From: Eledone cirrhosa
Taxonomy: Eukaryota
Direction of reading: 5' to 3'
Assembly: GCA_964016885.1 (NCBI GenBank)
Contig: OZ024742.1
Span: 317,130,001 to 317,194,000, forward strand
DNA: 64,000 nt
Part shown: positions 40,336 to 54,186 of the stretch, piece by piece
Layout: each line of letters begins with the position of its first letter
Position numbering within the stretch: the first letter of the stretch is position 1
The notes under the pieces: generated by a model
Told to the model about the DNA's origin: nothing
Database searches by the model: none
What the model saw: the letters and a program-made list of their open reading frames with translations, nothing else
Program-made: the position numbers and the translations under genes

Positions 40336-42899
40336 TATGCTCGTGGAAGAGTCTGTACCTGTTCTTGAGTAATTCTTTTGTCGCCCAAATTAACACCTTA
40401 ATTTTTGTATAATTTTCATCTATAACTAATATTCAGACTACAACTCCGATCTGAAAATAGCTTTTCCTCTTCACAGATGCCCTGATAAAGGGCATTGACC
40501 CTATTTTCCTCCCTATAGAAAATACATATCGCCAAATATTATCAGCAGAATTAAGTGAAATGGCTACAAGCGGGAATAAGAATAACTGAATAGTTTTAAC
40601 TAATAAGACAATTGTTTTTCAATTTTGTGTGTTTTTATGTCTTCTGAATGTATTTATAGAATCATGATGATCTTTGAAGTCAGATAATGTCACCGTCTAC
40701 CTCTGATTCTCACCCAATCTCTCTATCTATTATATTTCTATTTCATCTATCTATCCATCTATCTATATATCTATCTATTCGTTCTAACTGATTCGTTTTT
40801 TCAAATATCATTTTGGAAGAAGAATCAGGATGGAGAGAGAGGTGCTGTACCCCAGCAAATTTTATAAAAGGTGGGTGAATGTAGCAAAGATGGCCTGAGT
40901 GGTTGGGCCTTCGCTCTATATAAGCCTGTAGGTTGAGGAAAAAGAGTAAGAGAGGAAGGGAGTACTCACTGTTGGTGCTCCTGGAGATGAGGGTTGTACA
41001 TTTTTTCGGGGTGTGTACAACCCCTGTGTAACACCTCCCCCCTATTGGGGATTTCAATTGTTATTTGTTATTGTATTAATAGTTTTATTTTCATATACCT
41101 GTATGTAAACTCCCCATTTGTATTTGTCCCCTTCTTTTGCGCCCTTGTGGCTCATAAAGACATTTAACTATATATCTATCTATTTATCTACATCTATATC
41201 TATAATTATATCTACTATCTTTCTCACTAATATCCCCATCTGTCTATCTACTCACTTTCTATCTCATATCTCTGTCTATCTATTTATATATCTTTCTTTC
41301 TCTCTCATTTTTCGGCAATGTCTACATGTCACTGTCGCTAATACACTTTTCTTGTATGAATGAACACTGTGTTGTGTCCTAAATTTAAAGAAGTTGAACC
41401 ATACATATGTTTGATTCTTGGAAAATGAGTCACTATTCTTTTAATGTAGTTTTGATGTAAATGACAGAAAAGCAACTTCTATTTTCAGTGTGGGGACAGG
41501 TGTTAAGTACATTATGCCACCTGGTTTAGCACCCCTCTTGACTAATGGGGGCCCTTAACAAAGTCCTTCTATTGCAAATATTCAGACCAGGCTCCCAGCT
41601 GAGAGACTCCCTGACTTCCACCATCAAGGTAATTAATCTCATTAGTGCCTAACAATAGAATTAACTCTATGTTCAGTTCTACGCTGCCCCTCTTCTCTGC
41701 TATCACCCTCTACTAAAACGGAAAATACACTCCCTATTCAATGAAACATGAGCTCACGTACCTCCCAAATTGCTGTTGATCTTTAGAGCTTTTATAAACA
41801 GATGATATACTAACTTTTCAGAATCCTTCTTTCCACAGTTTATAGACCATGGTGTATTATGATTAATACCTCCGTGTAGAAATCCTTCGCCTTCTTCGTT
41901 CACTTTTCATCCAAATCTGTACTACACACAGTTGGTAAATTTCCTCCCCGTCTATTCCATCTGACACAACCCCTTACATACATACATGCCAAGTGCTAAA
42001 ATAGATCTAATTATTCCGAAAAAGTTCACTGGTATTAATAATATCCTTCCCATTACCTTCAATATATATATACAACTCTGGTGTGATCCATTGTTTGGTT
42101 CTGTCTTCCACATACATTGCCCTCTGCGACGAGGAAAGTAAGTTGCTAGATATATATAACTATTGTCAAATACGTCCATCCATTCAGTGCATTGGATTAC
42201 AAGAATCTTATGGCATCGGGCGTAATTTCTTTGTGATATTTGTTCCGGCCCTTTAAGTTTAAACCCCGCTCATATCAATATTGCCGTTCAATCTTCCTGG
42301 TTCGATGAAATAATGTACCAATCAAGTATTAGTTTGATTTAATAGACATCTCTTTCTTGTAAATGCTGACCTTGTACCTGAATTCCCATTAAATTCATGC
42401 ATTCGCCTATTTTTAGTTTTCAGCGTTTGAATTCTAGCGAAATTGTTTTTGCCTCTCACCTTTCTCTTTCTATCACCACCCCTCTTTCTCACCATTCTAA
42501 TATCACTATTTTGGTTTTTAGTGTAATGGTGTCTAAGTATTTTGATTTAATGATTGTAGTAAGTCCATTAATGACCCACACATATACCTACGTTCTATAT
42601 ACCTTGCCGCAGGTATGATAGCGTGGTAGAAGTTCGTTTCACATTCATGAGATTCCTGGTTCGATTTCACGGCAAGCTATCGTTAGAACGAGACTTTACC
42701 CTAGTCTTGGTCGATCTAAAACGTGTGAGTGAATTCAGGTAGACGGAAGCAGTGTGGAAACCGTCCAATGGAGTCACATATTGTATCATGTTGCTGTAGC
42801 TTGGCAATAACGTTAATAGTACATGTGTATGTTGTATACTCAACAACTGGCACATTAGACATTCACTTGATCAAACAAACGAATGCTCGTCATCTAAAT

Positions 42900-43525
42900 C
42901 AGAGGTTCCTTGACTGGGCGTACCACCCCCCGGTAAGGTCCAGGGGCGTGCTGGGCCTAAGGGAGCTGTGGTGGTGCTGTAGAGAAAAGAAGGCCTTTAA
43001 GAGGAACGGAGAGGCTGTAAGTGTCATTCCGCCCATGCAAGTGAATATTATTATAGTATTGTATACATGTGATATAATAGTATATTAAATATCGAATGAT
43101 ATATACTATATATAAATATCAAATGATACATATTATATTAAATATCAAAGGATACATATTATATATAAATATCGAATGATATATATTATCAATAAATATC
43201 GAATGATATGTATTATTTATAAATATCGATTGGTACATATTATATTAAATATCAAATGATAGATATTATATATAAATATCGAATGATACATATAATAAAT
43301 ATCAAATGATACATATTATATATGAATATAGTGAAATAAAAAATATATATTTATTTATTCATAGTATATATTATGTCATTCATTGTATATAAATTTACGA
43401 GTTTATTTATTATATATTATTTACAATTTGCATGTAGGTATGTCGCTCTGGAAATAAGGGTGGAGGCGTGAGGGTATTATGTGACCGTGAAGAGGGCGGT
43501 GGCCCAAAATGTTTGAGAACCTCTT
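42900..43525. mobile_element. hAT (Charlie/Buster-type) non-autonomous element with an internal ~26-bp AT-rich minisatellite (43080-43325)
   Basis: Termini CAGAGGTTC.. / ..GAACCTCTT; exact 8-bp TSD ATCTAAAT (42892-42899 and 43526-43533). Confidence 0.85.
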
Positions 43526-44239
43526 ATCTAAATTGATGAAAGATCCACCATCCTCATTATCACCATCATCATCCTCATATCTGTTCAGGTTTAGCAGCCA
43601 TATATAACCTCATTCACTAAAGAAAACATGAAATAAATATATATCTAAGTATTGGGTAACATATATCACCTTTAAGAATTTTCTTTTCTCCTCTAAACCT
43701 CCCACTCTATTACGGGAGCATGGAAAAACGGATAAATCATTCTATTTTTGTATAGTTGGTCTTATCGTTATCTATATCTTCTGTTTCCGCATTCCTCTTT
43801 TTAAAATTTAGTTATTTTCACATTTTCTTGACTCCTGGTTAGGGATTTTCAAGATAATTTATGCAATCACTGACGTTGATGTATTTCTCTCTTTTATTTT
43901 AAAGAAATTCGCAATCATCGATTTATTTCATTTAACTGTAATCTAATTCGGTGACAGTTTTAAAATAAAACATATAAACTTCTAGCCTCGTTACTGCTGC
44001 ACAAATAAAACAAGAAATGATTTTGTAAGAGTAAAGATGCGATATAGACAACAGTATCAGTCCCAATACATAACTGGTATTTGTTTTACAGGAAATGGTG
44101 GTTGCCGCTAGATTTATAGTTACAACGGGAATATTAAGGTATTTCATCCCATGTTCTACTATTTCGGAAACGCATCACAACTGTTATATAACTATAACGA
44201 AGAATTGCTTTTTAGATACGTTGGACGAGACTGGGTTAA

Positions 44240-44375
44240 TCTCTCTCTTTCTCTGTCTCTCTCTCTCTCTCTCTCTGTCACCCCCCCCCCTCTCTCTTCC
44301 ACTCTCTCTCTCTCTTCAACTCTCTCTCTCTCCCTTGCTCTCATTCTCTCTCTTCCACTCTCTTCCACTCTTTCT

Positions 44376-44413
<38 letters not shown>

Positions 44414-44630
44414 CTCTCTCCGTCTCTCTCCGTCTCTCTCTCTCTCTCTCTCTCTCTCCCTCTCTCTCTATCTCTCTCTCTCTTCCACTCTCTCTCTGTC
44501 TCTCTCTCTCACGCTCTCTCTCTCTTTCTCTCTCTCATTCTCCCTCTATCCTCTCTCTCACTCTCTCTCCCACTCTCTCTCCCACTCTCTCTCACGCACT
44601 ATCTCTCTCTCTCACTTTCTGTCACTCTCT
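44240..44630. repeat. Degenerate (CT)n microsatellite
   Basis: Read directly. Confidence 0.95.
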
Positions 44631-44844
44631 ACCTAACTATCAGTATTTTTTTAACTGTAATTCAAAAGTCTATAATTATGATTTGATGACTCTGAGAATT
44701 GCTTAAAGGATAAACGTATCTCTGGAATACTCAGCCACAATGAATATCATAAAAAGAATTTAGTTTTCGAACAATGGGATACTAATATTCGAGAACGACG
44801 GGGAATCTCCATTATCGTCACAGCAACCAAAACTAATGATATAC

Positions 44845-44905
44845 CTACTACGACTACTACTACTACTATTACTACCACCACCACCACCACCACCATTACT
44901 ACTAC

Positions 44906-44984
<79 letters not shown>

Positions 44985-45130
44985 GATGTTGGTGGTGGTG
45001 GTGGTGGTGGTGGTGGTGGTGGTGGTGGTGGTGGTAGTAGTGGTAGTGTTAGTAGTAGTAGTAGTGATAGTAGTAGTAGCAGTAGTAGTGGTAGTAGTAG
45101 TAGTAGTAGTAGTAGTAATAGTAGTAGTAG
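44845..45130. repeat. Compound (CTA)n(CCA)n / (TAG)n(TGG)n trinucleotide repeat
   Basis: Read directly; strand switch at ~44908. Confidence 0.95.
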
Positions 45131-45289
45131 CCTTACAAGGATTACAACTATTCCTTTTGTCTATACAAGGATATAACAACCTAGATAAATATGTCACTCA
45201 CAAAAGGATCATCACAAAGAAGCGTAAAAACACCTGATAACGCATACATAGATACGTTCAATACATAGACTCACACACATTCCCATTTC

Positions 45290-45368
<79 letters not shown>

Positions 45369-45988
45369 ACATAGACATATAAATCTCAATTTGCAATCAA
45401 TTACAGATAATCGTGCGTTTTCTTATTTTTTATTCTTGTCTTCAATTCTAGTATTTTGTGGTGTGTTTTTGTTGTGTAGTTTTTTTTATTGATTTCTTTC
45501 TTTTCGTTTCTATAAATTTCGGTTTTTTTATGGCGGAAATAATGTAATAAAGACTCCAGTTATTTTTAATTCTGTGATATCTGATTGATTTTTACCTAGA
45601 GACCGACTAGATGAATTATTTCTATTCCCACTTTTGGAAAGAACGACTATTTGGCTTACGCCATTAAAATTTTATTTCTCAGTCGAATACTCTAATTTTT
45701 TAAAGTAATAAATAAATAAATAAATACATTCATTTCAAGTAGTAATAATTGTATAATTGTGTATTTGGGAGTTTCATTTCATTTTATATCGAAAATTAAT
45801 TAAAGAATTAATAATTTGAAGCAGAGAATATTCTCCGAAGGACAGTTTTCTATACATAGATGCCACAATGAATATTGTATGATAGTCATTTAATGACTGT
45901 AATTACTTGATATGTTAATAAGTACATTAACTCTACACGATCACGAACATGCCTATACATACACGCCTTTAAACACACACACTCGCAC

Positions 45989-46030
<42 letters not shown>

Positions 46031-47065
46031 AATCAATGTTATCTTTGATCGAGATGATGCGATGGTGTATTTGAATTCATATAAAAATAAGAAAAATCAT
46101 CGTTTGAACAGCCGTTAAATAAATAAAGGCGGTGTGTACAAGACAAGTTTATACAGACACATCTTCACCTTCATCAGCTCTCAAACTAGCAAAGTGGTTT
46201 TGCAAGATGTATGCCGAATACTTCTCTTTGGCAGTCTACAGAGCAATATGCTTGAAGTGCTCTTAAAGTATTTCAAGTGATACGTCAGTTGGGTAGTCGT
46301 TACCCTCAAGTTTGAACCCCCATCTTATGCTTGATCTTAACAATGTATCACTAACTATATACATTTATAAGGATATGTGTGTTTACAGTGTATATAATCT
46401 GGCTGAATTTATGTGTATGTGTGTTCGATATAGTGTTTGTGCGTTTGTGCGCGCGCAATCGGGTATACACATAATACTAATTTATACTTTCTACTGCAGT
46501 TTATGAATACAAATATCTAGTTTGTGAGTTTTATATTCAATAATATTTACCACCAATATTACATATACCAACAAGACTTTTGATTATAAACCAATAACAA
46601 ATTTTAACGATTCTTTGGCTGAATATTGAGGGAGGTATGTTGCTTCCAATCTTAGTTTTATGACTGGACTGGTCGATTAAATTGTGAGAAGCTAACATCA
46701 GCGTATGAATATTTCAATTTGCTTGAGACATCTTTTTATGTGTGATGAAATATTGCGAATGAATTTTACTCTTCATTCGAGTAACCATAAAAGCAGTATG
46801 TTAAGGGAAAAACCTATTATATATGTTACCTAAGCAGTTGTTTTATTTCACTATATATATAAGTAGATACATGATGACAGGCATACTGTATGCTTCAATA
46901 GGGAAATGATGGGTTATAGGTTTCAGAGAATATAATAATGGTTAGCGCAGTAGTAGTCGTGTTGGGCTTGTGTAATGTATTCAGTTATAGACAGTCTCTG
47001 TCTATAATCGGTACAGTATATGGAAGGGATATATTAGGTTAACGCTTGATATAGCAGGGAGAGGA

Positions 47066-47101
47066 TCTTAACGTTTCGGACGCTAGTCCTTCGTCAGAAG
47101 A
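47066..47101 (-). ncRNA. Minimal hammerhead ribozyme (solo pLTR remnant, ~47060-47330)
   Basis: Minus strand: tctt-CTGACGA-a-ggac tagc gtcc-GAAA-cg-TT-aaga; palindromic AACGTT; GUU site. Confidence 0.8.
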
Positions 47102-47343
47102 AAGAATGAGAAATAAGATAGATTGAGGGGACGGGCGGGTTGGAATTGGAAAAAATGGTTTTAGATAAAAATAAAAAAGATTTGAGATTGGGCATATTGA
47201 AGGTACTAGGGTGGGAGTGAAAAATAGACGGGTGAGAAGAAGGTGGTGTAGAAGATTGTAGTAGAGGAAAAGTGGTAGAGAGTCGTGGAATATTTAAATG
47301 CAAGAAGCAAAGTAAATAGATATACACTCTCTCTGTCTCCCCC

Positions 47344-47375
<32 letters not shown>

Positions 47376-47624
47376 TTCACACACACACGCACACATGTCT
47401 ATATATATATATATTTCGTTTCTGAATTTGTTTAGCAAGATTCTTTATCTGAAAACGTGTGTTAAAACCGATATTGTTATGCTTTGGGAGGGTCATGTTG
47501 CCAATAAGAAACACACGCACCAGTTGCTTTCACTTCAATTTATTATAATAAATTTATAAATTTAGGAATTTATAAATTTCTGGTTAGTTGGTTGGTTCCA
47601 CAACCAGATAGCTGTTTATATATT

Positions 47625-47667
47625 GTCAAAGTTCTTTCGTCACACATTCTGTGACCTCTTCACTGAC
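47625..47667 (-). ncRNA. Hammerhead copy in the inverted pLTR, C3->G mutated
   Basis: Minus strand: gtca-GTGAAGA-g-gtcaca gaatg tgtgac-GAAA-gaac-TT-tgac. Confidence 0.6.
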
Positions 47668-49164
47668 TGGGGATTCTTTTCTTTGTTTTTGTGCCTCTCC
47701 TTTGTTCTGTCCTACGCCATTTTGTTTAACACAGATAGATGGAACGGGTGGACCAGAGCCATACGGACACCCGAAAACCACGATGAACTGAAGAAAATGA
47801 TTGCACATGCGGTAGGGGCCAGCATAAAACTAACCCTTAAGGAACATATGTTCAAATTTAATGGAAAAACATATGCCCAAGAGGAAGGAGCAGCTATTGG
47901 TGTTAGCATTGCAGGCGACATAGCTAACTTATTCATGGTATGGTGGGACAGTAAACTTAAATTTAAACTTAAAGAACAATTAGAAGACCCCTTAACCCTG
48001 ATAATGTACTCCCGCTACGTTGATGATATAAACATCATAGTTAAGACACCCCCACTAGAGAACAGTCAGAAACTAGAGAAAAATACAATGGAAAGCATCC
48101 AGCAAAGAGCTAACTCCAAGTAAACACCCCAACCATCGATTACCTGTACTAGACACAGAGCTCTGGTTAGATACCATTAATAACAAAAAACAAATCCTCC
48201 ATTCCCATTATGCCAAACCCATGACTTCCAAACATCTGATCCACCGAAACTCAGCTGTTTCGGACCACACCAAAATCAACATACTGATTGCGGATTTGGT
48301 ACGGGTGATGAGAAACGTGTCCCGCATGTGCAACCCCGAAGAACTAGAGAGACACATACAACACTTCATCCACCGTATGCAGTTCTCTGGTTACAATCAG
48401 AGAGATAAAATCAGAGTGTAATGTTCATCGATACAACCCCTAGAGGTGAATTAGCTTACAAATTTAGAAGGGCCCTAGATAAACATAAACTCAATATTAA
48501 GATAGTAGAAAGACCAGGTACCTCTGTAAAAACACTTATTAGCAAGACATACCCTTTTCAAAGACCCTAATGTATAGATAAGAAATGTATAACCTGTAAA
48601 ATAAGCCCCCATATTAACTGTAAAACTAGAAATGTAGTGTATAGCATAAGATGTACTGAAGGACAATGTAGAGACAAAAATATAGTGTACATAGGTGAGA
48701 CAGCTCGTAGTGTAGGGGAACGGATAAATGAACACTGGCGAGACCTTCAAGATAGTAAAGAATCATCAGTACTCTACCAACATGCTAAAATAGAACATAA
48801 GGGTAAATTAGAGAACATAGAAATAAAAATAGAATCTACACACAGAAAAGACGCAATGTTTAGACAAATCACAGAGGCAATAAACATAAAAGAATTACAA
48901 CCAAAATTAAATAGAAAATATGAGTGTAACAGCAACATCACAACTTACAATTAAGGACAAAATGAAAACACACACGCACATAGAACAAACAACCAACTGG
49001 TAACATGTAAATAAACAAATAAATAAACGAATATAAACACACACAGACACCCGGATATGGCGCATGTGCAGACTGAGCACACAACACACACAACACACAC
49101 ACAGAAACAAAATGGCGTAGGACAGAACAAAGGAGAGGCACAAAAACAAAGAAAAGAATCCCCA

Positions 49165-49207
49165 GTCACTGAAGAGGTCACAGAATGTGTGACGAAAGAA
49201 CTTTGAC
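49165..49207 (+). ncRNA. Minimal hammerhead ribozyme in PLE pLTR
   Basis: gtca-CTGAAGA-g-gtcaca gaatg tgtgac-GAAA-gaac-TT-tgac. Confidence 0.75.
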
Positions 49208-49353
49208 AATATATAAACAACTATCTGGTTGTGGAACCAACCAACCAACCAGAAATTTATAAATTCCTAAATTTATAAATTTATTATAATAAATTGAAGT
49301 GAAAGCAACTGGTGCGTGTGTTTCTTATTGGCAACATGACCCTCCCAAAGTAT

Positions 49354-49411
<58 letters not shown>

Positions 49412-49447
49412 AAAAGAGCCATTTGTTATGTCTTCATTACGTTTATT

Positions 49448-49537
49448 GAGTTATGACGCGCTTTCCGCTATTGATCGTCTCAAGATTCGATTTGATCGAT
49501 CTAGCCCGACTATGGAATCAAGGGCTCATCGGACCTC
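49448..49537 (-). ncRNA. Possible hammerhead with branched stem II in a pLTR-like remnant (~49410-50030)
   Basis: Minus strand: gaggt-CCGATGA-gccc..gggc-tagatcg..cgatc..tagcg-GAAA-gcgc-GTC-ataactc. Confidence 0.4.
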
Positions 49538-52332
49538 TTTTGTGATAATGACAGAATGGACCTCTTAGGGCGTAGAAAAAGTATATAACGATTCACATTA
49601 ATGTGTGGTGGTCAGTTAAAGTTTGTTTTGATTTGTGGTAATGGTAGATGGAATGTTTTGGTATGTGTGATAGGTGAAGGGAAGGATTATAATGAAGAGA
49701 TGGTGAGAGAGATGGTGGTGGGAAGCGATGGTTGCAGCGAGTTGCGGGTGTGTGGTTGTTTAGTTGTTTCATAGACATTATGGCGTTTATGTGGTAAAGC
49801 GAGCGTTCTGAGTGAGACGGTAGAGGTGGTTATGGGCGGTAAGTGATAGGAGATCAAAGAGTGTGGTGCTGTACTAAAGGGAGATGGTGTTTCTGTTGGT
49901 CAGAGGTTTGTTAGAGAGGAATAAAAATAAAAATAAATAAAAGTAAATTAAACATAAGTTAAGGATAAGGATACTATGAGAAAGAAGGGGTTGTGTTTTT
50001 GGTAATAAAAACGTAATCAAAATAACCAGTTAAAGTTTGTTCCTCATTTGCTTTTATAGAACTCCCACTGTCATCGCATCCATCTTTCTCACCCTCCCCA
50101 TCTCTCTTTATTGTGAGCTAATAGGGTCCCACGCGCTGGCCGTCCCACAGCCCCGGCGGGCAGAATGGAGAAGGCGTTTCCCCGGAGGATGGTAAGGGAG
50201 ATGCGCTGGAAGAGCCATTCCATCTCGTGCTTTCACACCTGCGGCTGGCCAGCTCAGCACCTATGGTGGTGAGTAGGGAGGTAGCCCTAGGGCCAGTGCA
50301 ACAGAAGTCTCCACTGCCAAGGACACGACCGCAAACCTGTCGAGTTAGGTGGTCTAACGTTTTCTGTTGTGTGGCAAGTATGCAAACGATATATATTAAA
50401 GGGCTATGTAGTACTAAAAAATATGGGATTAAGGACTGTGTCTAGTGGGTGAAATGAATATTTCATAAATGAATAGATGAATAACTAAATGAATTAGTTA
50501 CTACGCTAACAGTAAGGGCTAGACTATACTTACATACACACACGCATATACAGAATATACATAGCTACAGACATACAGGCACTCGTATATACGTACACAA
50601 GTCTGTACCCATATATATACACACACTTAGATATGTACGTGCTCATAGGCTCAAACATACATACAATCATACACGTTTGTCTGTGTGTACTCATAGACAT
50701 ACAGACGCAAGTATATGTCCTAGTAATACGCCTAGATAAATATCCCACAGGAATATATGGTGGTATAAAAATTTAGTTGAACATCTATAAGAAGGGTGAA
50801 AATGTTAATACATGGTGATACGGTTAGTAAGACGAGAAATGTTAATAGTGAGAGAATAATAATTGTAAAAATAACGATGATAAAATTGTGTGTATAGGTT
50901 AGCCCTTATAGTTAATGTAACAACTAATTCACAAATAAACATTTAGAAAGCCTTCTAGCTATGAATATTGAAAATTAATACCTACATATATAAGAGGATC
51001 TTGTGCTCAAATATGTTTCAATTTTATTACTTCTCCTAACATTTGGCAAGATTTAGAAATTCTCAGTATATATAAAAATAAAGAATATGCTGTGACGTTC
51101 ATGATGTGCATATCTAGGATCTTCTTAATTTTCAAATACATTTGCTTGGCTGATATTGTTGGAATCATCTCCCTTGTTTGCTATTTCAAGAGTTCAAACA
51201 GCTCTGAGGGGAGGTCTATCAACTGATTGCAGGGATGATTTCAGTTAATCGACTTTTTACATAAGTGAAACAGATTCGTAGTAAACATATAAATAGAGTC
51301 TGTATTAAACCAAGTTAAATCAGTCTTAACGGGAAAACATTAATGCTCCAATTCTAAAGGTACACATTGTAATAGTCATGACTATACATATCACAGCATC
51401 AAGGAAATGAATATATATTGGATAAATATTTTTAAACATTATCTGCTATAATATTTGATACAATTATTTGATAAATATATCGTGATTTTATTTATAGAAA
51501 TGAGAATGTGTATGGAGGAAATAGGATCGTTCATAAATATTTTACTGAATAATAACGATAAATAGAAAGATTGGGAACACAGATCAAATGTAGCATCAAG
51601 CTAAATGCAATATATATTGCCGCGGTATCCAAACGTCCTTCGAAACAATAAAGAAGAAACAAGAAGAGAGAAGTTAATATTTACCGCGAGCAACGTATGT
51701 GAATATATAGACGACTGTGTGTGAATTTGTATATGTATGCATTTGTTGTTTAACTATAAATATGTTTGAGGGTTAACATATAGAGAGGGATGTATGTATA
51801 CATATATATATATAGATATATAGATATATATATATATACATATAGATATATATGTGTGTGTGTGTGTGTATGTGTGTATATATATATGTGTGTGTGTGAG
51901 TGTGCCTGTCTGTGTCTCTGTGTGTTTATGGTTATACATTTATATATGTGTCCGTATATCGGTGTTTATTTACTGATGCATTTATTCCCTCACATCAAAA
52001 GATATCTTATTGATGTTAGCGCGTATGATGTTTGAATAATAATCATATATTTGTGAGAATATCTTCTCTATTTCTGGAAATGTATGTATATCTATATTCA
52101 TCTTATTCCACACACATTTGCACGTGCATATCAAAAATATATTTTGACAGTTTTTGCGTGTTGATTGCTAACATATATGCTAGAAATAGTAATCACATCT
52201 ACCTCCAAACATATTCTCATTTCTGAACAGAACCACATTAAATAATGTAGTCTTAACCATGCTTGTAATAAAGATTCAGCTAAGCTTAAAACGCCTCGCA
52301 TTTCATATCTGCTGATCTAATTACATACACAC

Positions 52333-52383
<51 letters not shown>

Positions 52384-52403
52384 TACATACATACATACAT
52401 ACA

Positions 52404-52491
<88 letters not shown>

Positions 52492-52697
52492 GTATAGGAT
52501 TATCCAAGATGTAGTAATGGTTAATTACTACACTGGATATGGTTGACGTACGGTAAGAGGTTACTCTACGAGTTATGGAAGACCCCTGCATATCTTTCTT
52601 TCTCTCTCCCTCTTCCCTACTTTTCTCTCTTCCTTTTCTACTCTATCTTCCCCAACAACCCCACTTAAGGGTAGTTACATTGTACATTTTACCATTC

Positions 52698-52809
52698 TGC
52701 TCTGATGAAACAGTGGTCACAGCATTGGATATTTGAGTTCTGCAAGTACTTGTGAATTTGCACGTAGCATAACTAGGCTGCAGTACCACCGTGGAAACAC
52801 TTGTAAGCA
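52698..52809 (+). ncRNA. Type I hammerhead with a long (~85 nt), branched stem II
   Basis: tgct-CTGATGA-aa-cagtggt-ca-cagc..tgcaagt/atttgca..gctg-cagt-accaccg-tg-GAAA-cacttg-TA-agca; GUA site. Confidence 0.7.
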
Positions 52810-52858
52810 CACGGAAAAATTACCTTTTTATGATGTCTACCTGTTATTATTCATTATT

Positions 52859-53053
<195 letters not shown>

Positions 53054-53137
53054 TGGTAATATGGTAGTAGGAAATTACTGACCTTTCCTGTTTATAGTAG
53101 TTTATAGTATATACATAACTATAAATAGTATTATAAT

Positions 53138-53217
<80 letters not shown>

Positions 53218-53386
53218 GGGGTAACAGATTATTGTTATAGGTAGTCCACTTAAGTGTAGTCCAGTTATGGTACTCCGGGTAGTGGATGATATCAACGCTT
53301 GGCTAAGTTTGACTCAAGAAGGAGTTTCCATAGTGATGCTGCGAGTACGCTGTAATTCCTATGTTGTAAACACTTAGACAATGATA

Positions 53387-54109
53387 AATCAGGAAAAAAG
53401 TGTGACACGGTTTACTATACAAAAAAGGTTTTTAATCTCATTGCTGACAATTGTTTCTCTGAACTGGTAGGTCTAGAGATCGCTACCCGCTTATTTTCAC
53501 GTTATTCGATCACCAATACAAAGTTCTAACCAGTCAATTCATCGGAGCTTGTGAGAATGAAAGGAGTATACAGGCATGGCTACTATATATAGTAGTAATG
53601 GCATTCAATCAGAACAATAACAACAATACTAACAATGCTAGCAATAAATTATTTGAAATAATCACAACATCAATCTAGGTGATAAATATAGTATATCTAC
53701 GATTTTAGCGTGTAAAACTAGCTGACGTGAGGCAGATGCATAAAATTGACATGTAAAAGCTGTCATGAGGTGTATTATATATAGTGTAGAGATAAGCCGG
53801 GGGCTTTAAACAATGTAGGTCTGGTGGCCGTAAGAATCATTTATTACTGACAGGTGAAAAAGTTATCACTGTAGTAAGGATAGTAATATTTGTGGTGTTA
53901 GGTTCAATATTTGTGCGTCTATATTAGATGAAAGGGTTGTCTAGCTTTCTCATCATCAATAACATACATGTATAAGACAACATTAACAGAGTAGCAATAT
54001 AATAGGCGAGTAGCGATCTCTAGACCTACCATTTCAGAGAAACAATCGTCAGCAATGAGATTAAAAACCTTTTGTGTATAGCAAATCGCGTCACTCTTCT
54101 TTCCTGATT

Positions 54110-54110
<1 letters not shown>
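53387..54110. repeat. Inverted repeat (arms ~53387-53500 and ~53995-54110) between (TA)n tracts; PLE pLTR remnant
   Basis: aatcaggaa..aaggtttttaatctcattgctgacaattgtttctctgaactggtaggtctagagatcgctac pairs with its reverse complement at 54010-54110. Confidence 0.8.
53437..53555 (-). ncRNA. Type I hammerhead with long stem II, CCGAUGA core
   Basis: Minus strand: ctca-caa-gct-CCGATGA-attgactggttag..(~55 nt)..ctaccagttcaga-GAAA-caattg-TC-agc-aa-tgag. Confidence 0.6.
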
Positions 54111-54145
<35 letters not shown>

Positions 54146-54186
54146 AGTATGCATGTATGTATACGTACATACATATATGTATACAG

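Larger units (their letters stand above)
47414..49360 (+). mobile_element. Penelope-like element, same family as 1515-2842, with inverted 5' pLTR (47414-47727) and truncated RT/GIY-YIG (47728-48954)
   Basis: FKFNGKTYAQEEGAAIGVSIAGDIANLFM, YSRYVDDI, VYIGETARSVGERINEH; the inverted terminal repeat matches 49105-49360; (TA)n on both sides. Confidence 0.93.

Noticed and set aside
40830-41170. LTR-like segment with TATATAA and a gggttgtaca/tgtacaaccc hairpin
   Set aside because: No TG..CA termini or TSD identified; left unclassified.
44095-45237. Poly-SL, poly-T, poly-V and poly-S/G ORFs (mucin-like appearance)
   Set aside because: Simple (CT)n and trinucleotide repeats, open in several frames with no splice or homology support.
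46153-46192. Minus-strand CTGATGAagg...AAAActtGTC hammerhead-like motif
   Set aside because: GAAA is mutated and stems I and II do not pair convincingly.
50120-50370. GC-rich island
   Set aside because: No ORF similarity, repeat partner or fold that I could support.
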